This document shows, one piece after another, positions 53,220 to 55,902 of a stretch of DNA of 55,902 bases. Position 1 is the first letter of the stretch. Each line of letters starts with the position of its first letter. Below the pieces are notes generated by a model. It made no database searches, was not told the origin of the DNA, and worked only from the letters and a program-made list of their open reading frames with translations. Source of the DNA: a virus (lineage: Duplodnaviria > Caudoviricetes); IMG/VR virus record IMGVR_UViG_3300017699_000061, positions 1 to 55,902 of that record; one strand, 5' to 3'. The translations under genes were made by a program, and so were the position numbers.

Positions 53220-54516
53220 TGAAGAGGCGACAGCGCTTCTTTATGATTGGAACTTCTGGGCTCGTGACGATCAACTGATGCCAACGGCTCTCCAGGAGAA
53301 TGGAGAGCCATGGCTGATCTGGATGATCTTGTCCGGACGTGGCTGGGGCAAGACGAAGACTGGGGCCGAAGCAACGATCGCCATGGTGCGGTCAGGCAAG
53401 GCCAAGCGCGTCGCTCTGGTGGCTGAAACTGCAGCTGACTGCCGCGACGTCATTGTAGAGGGCGACTCAGGCATCATGGCCTCATCGCCCCCGGACTTCA
53501 GGCCGATCTACAAGCCCTCAATCCGCAGCTTGGAATGGCCCAATGGAGCGATTGCCACAACATACAACGCCACTGAGCCAGATCAGTTGCGCGGCCCGCA
53601 GCATGACTGGGCCTGGTCCGATGAGCTCGCCAAATGGCGATATTATCAAGAGACGTGGGACAACCTCCAGTTCGGCCTTCGTCTTGGCAAACTACCACGA
53701 CAAATCGTCACCACTACCCCGAGACCGATACCACTACTCAAGGAACTCATCGCCAATCCCGTGGTCCACATTACTCGAGGACGCACTGCAGACAACTCCG
53801 ACAACTTGGCTGGATCATTCCTTAAGCAGGTCACAGCTAGGTATGAAGGTACGAGGCTTGGCCGACAGGAGCTGAGCGGCGAGATCCTTGACGACGCGCC
53901 AGGAGCTCTCTGGACTCGTAAGATGATCGACGAGGCGGTTAACTCCGGCTCGACTGAGCGCGTTCCCAAAGTGCCAGGTACACCTGAGTGGAACGCCTTC
54001 TATTCTCGCATTGTTGTGGCTGTGGATCCGTCGGGGGCAGATGGTGAAGACGACAGAGCGGACGACATCGGCATTGTCATCGCTGCGCGTGGCTATGATG
54101 GTCGTGGCTACATCTTGGGCGACTATACTTGCAACGAGTCCCCCGGTGTATGGGCTCGCCGTGCTGTTGATGCTTATCATCGGTATGAAGCCAATCTCCT
54201 CATCGCTGAGAGGAATTTCGGCGGATCGATGGTGCAATACGTCATACAATCTGCTGACTCGACAGTTCCCTACAAAGAGGTCTCGGCCTCGAGAGGTAAA
54301 GCAGTTCGCGCTGAGCCAATAGCGGCTCTGTATGAGCAAGGTAAGATCTCACATGTGGGGTCATTTACTTTGCTCGAAGACGAACTCTGCTTGATGACCA
54401 ATACCGGATACCTTGGTCGTGGTTCACCCAACCGTCTCGATGCGGCTGTGTGGGCTTTGTCCGAGCTGATGCTCGACGCGTCCGGCGCCGATCTTTGGGC
54501 GAAACTTGCAGGGTGA
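53050..54516 (+). CDS. terL: Terminase large subunit (start uncertain)
   Basis: GRGWGKT Walker A, LRGPQ, W.DE Walker B, TTTP, RLGRQEL, VAVDP, E.NFGG, SPNRLDA. Confidence 0.93.
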   Translation: MNAQTSISPASSISQALGTRFSRSLLQSLARSYKTTKNSLKKSQIKHLLETIQNLNDEEATALLYDWNFWARDDQLMPTALQENGEPWLIWMILSGRGWGKTKTGAEATIAMVRSGKAKRVALVAETAADCRDVIVEGDSGIMASSPPDFRPIYKPSIRSLEWPNGAIATTYNATEPDQLRGPQHDWAWSDELAKWRYYQETWDNLQFGLRLGKLPRQIVTTTPRPIPLLKELIANPVVHITRGRTADNSDNLAGSFLKQVTARYEGTRLGRQELSGEILDDAPGALWTRKMIDEAVNSGSTERVPKVPGTPEWNAFYSRIVVAVDPSGADGEDDRADDIGIVIAARGYDGRGYILGDYTCNESPGVWARRAVDAYHRYEANLLIAERNFGGSMVQYVIQSADSTVPYKEVSASRGKAVRAEPIAALYEQGKISHVGSFTLLEDELCLMTNTGYLGRGSPNRLDAAVWALSELMLDASGADLWAKLAG

Positions 54517-54520
54517 TGAC

Positions 54521-54676
54521 ATGCTGACGACTCTTCTGATTGTGCTCATTGTGCTGATGCTAGTTGGCGCGCTCCCCAGCTGGGGATACAGTGCCAACTG
54601 GGGCTACGGGCCTTTCGGCGGTATCGGTCTGGTCTTGGTCATCCTGCTTGTGCTGATGCTGATGGGCAGGATCTGA
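54521..54676 (+). CDS. DUF3309-family small membrane protein (51 aa)
   Basis: MLTTLLIVLIVLMLVGALPSWGYSANWGYGPFGGIGLVLVILLVLMLMGRI. Confidence 0.8.
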   Translation: MLTTLLIVLIVLMLVGALPSWGYSANWGYGPFGGIGLVLVILLVLMLMGRI

Positions 54677-54677
54677 C

Positions 54678-54974
54678 ATGGCTCGAGCGCCGCTCACCAA
54701 TGCTGAGAAGGTCAAGGTCGCTGCTGGCAAGAAGCGCGTCAACGACTCGTTGGCAAAGCTTCCTGAGCGGATGATCGACATTCTCAATGCTGATCGCTCA
54801 GCCGCGTCTCCGCATCAGCTCTTGACTCGGTTCACTCGAGCTCGGGTTGAGACTCGAGCCCTTGCGGCCCTTCTCATCGAGAAGGGTATCTTCACCGAAG
54901 TCGAATACAACGAAGCTTTGGCTGATGCAACAGAGGCTGAGGTGACTCGCCTCGCCACAGGAGATCCAGAGTGA
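54678..54974 (+). CDS. Hypothetical protein
   Basis: 98-aa ORF, SD AGGA, AL..LL.EKG..T..EY pattern. Confidence 0.65.
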   Translation: MARAPLTNAEKVKVAAGKKRVNDSLAKLPERMIDILNADRSAASPHQLLTRFTRARVETRALAALLIEKGIFTEVEYNEALADATEAEVTRLATGDPE

Positions 54975-55902
54975 CCGAAGAGAAGCCCAGGATCAGAGTC
55001 AAAGCTGGAAGCGCCCACACTCAGGACAGCTTTCAGAACTTTGCCGCTCGTCTGGGCTACGGCACCGCTAACCTAGCGGCGCACGGCACTTACGGCTACA
55101 ATCCGATGACGAACAATCGGTCCTTGCTGGATCGAGCGTATCGTGGTTCGTGGATTGTGGGCGCGGCAGTCGATGCACCAGCTGACGACATGGTCAAGGC
55201 TGGTATTTCGATCAAGGCCGACATGTCGCCCGAGAACATCAAGACCATGCAGACGAGGCTCAATGCCTTGGGTGTGTGGAACCAACTCGCCAACACAGCT
55301 CGTTGGGCCCGCCTATACGGGGGCTGCATTGCTGTGATGCTGGTCAAAGGCCAGCAGCTTTCCACACCGCTCGATCCGAGCCGGGTGATGAAGCACAGCT
55401 TCCGCGGTCTGGCAGTCTTTGACCGCTGGATGGTTGAGCCCACCTTGGACATTCTGGTCACAGAGCCAGGTCCCTGCCTGGGCATGCCGATGTATTACCG
55501 CGTCGTCACCGGCGCGATGCTCAGCGGTCAGTTGATCCATTACAGCCGCATCGTTCGCATGGACGGTGTTGAGCTCCCCTACTGGGAGCGTCAGGCCACG
55601 ATGGGTTGGGGCATGTCCGTGATTGAGCGGATCTATGACCGCCTGCTCGGCTTCGACAGCACCACGCAGGGTGTTGCGCAGCTGGTCTACAAGGCTCACC
55701 TTCGTGTCATGAAGGTCGAAGGTCTGCGCGAGGCAATCTCGCAGTCCGGTAAGGCAATCGAGGGTATCACCAAGAACCTCGAGATGATCCGTGCCATGCA
55801 GAACAACGAGGGCATGACGGTCATCGATGCCAAGGACGAATTCACGGCGCTGACCTACACCTTCTCTGGTCTGTCTGACGTGATGATCCAATTTGCGCAG
55901 CA
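54971..55902 (+). CDS. Portal protein (DUF1073/HI1409-like), 3'-truncated by the window
   Basis: GTG overlaps the upstream stop; frame open to the window end: DSFQNF..LG, YRGSW....VD.PA.DM, WARLYGG, IHYSR, GWG.S. Confidence 0.88.
   Translation, partial: MTEEKPRIRVKAGSAHTQDSFQNFAARLGYGTANLAAHGTYGYNPMTNNRSLLDRAYRGSWIVGAAVDAPADDMVKAGISIKADMSPENIKTMQTRLNALGVWNQLANTARWARLYGGCIAVMLVKGQQLSTPLDPSRVMKHSFRGLAVFDRWMVEPTLDILVTEPGPCLGMPMYYRVVTGAMLSGQLIHYSRIVRMDGVELPYWERQATMGWGMSVIERIYDRLLGFDSTTQGVAQLVYKAHLRVMKVEGLREAISQSGKAIEGITKNLEMIRAMQNNEGMTVIDAKDEFTALTYTFSGLSDVMIQFAQ

Noticed and set aside
55313-55891. 192-aa minus-strand ORF and other short ORFs near the window end
   Set aside because: Antisense to the portal gene, which the ORF track missed because it has no stop inside the window
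54971-55902. Possible anti-CBASS Acb1 call, a label sometimes attached to this family
   Set aside because: Position after terL and the motifs indicate a portal protein; no HxT/HxS phosphoesterase motifs recognised
1-55902. CRISPR array, DGR, retron, integrase, repressor, transposase, tRNA genes
   Set aside because: No regularly spaced direct repeats, reverse transcriptase, recombinase motif or cloverleaf detected by eye; a tRNAscan/Infernal run would be needed to exclude RNA genes fully

Overview
The window is most of the genome of a tailed dsDNA phage with a contractile tail. It starts inside the major capsid gene and ends inside the portal gene, so the portal C-terminus, head-maturation genes and capsid N-terminus lie outside it. 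Layout: (+) 1-17.9 kb head-tail, sheath/tube, tape measure, baseplate, fibre and lysis genes; (-) 17.9-31.9 kb SNF2 helicase, ssDNA-binding protein, PolA and a nucleotide-modification operon; (+) 32.2-35.1 kb putative regulator and primase-helicase; (-) 35.2-52.4 kb canonical thyA, exonuclease, SSB and many small early genes; (+) 52.6-55.9 kb terminase and portal. I found no integrase, repressor, tRNA or CRISPR array, so it is probably virulent; an alphaproteobacterial host is inferred only. Main candidate for a new system: an operon of SAM methyltransferase, MazG-like pyrophosphatase, dNMP kinase fused to a UDG-like domain, a thymidylate-synthase homologue with the dCMP-specifying Asp, dCMP deaminase and PolA, in a genome that also has an ordinary ThyA, which points to a modified cytosine of unknown chemistry. 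Also notable: highly structured intergenic RNAs containing SD-led minigenes (46.5-46.9 kb; 31.1-31.3 kb, the latter directly upstream of an Acb2/Tad1-like gene), a Sequestin-like protein, three paralogous putative winged-helix proteins around a divergent promoter, about 20 copies of a T(G/T)TAC-N17-TAnnnT promoter, and an antisense secreted-protein moron abutting the tail lysozyme. All family assignments come from motif recognition by eye, not from database searches.
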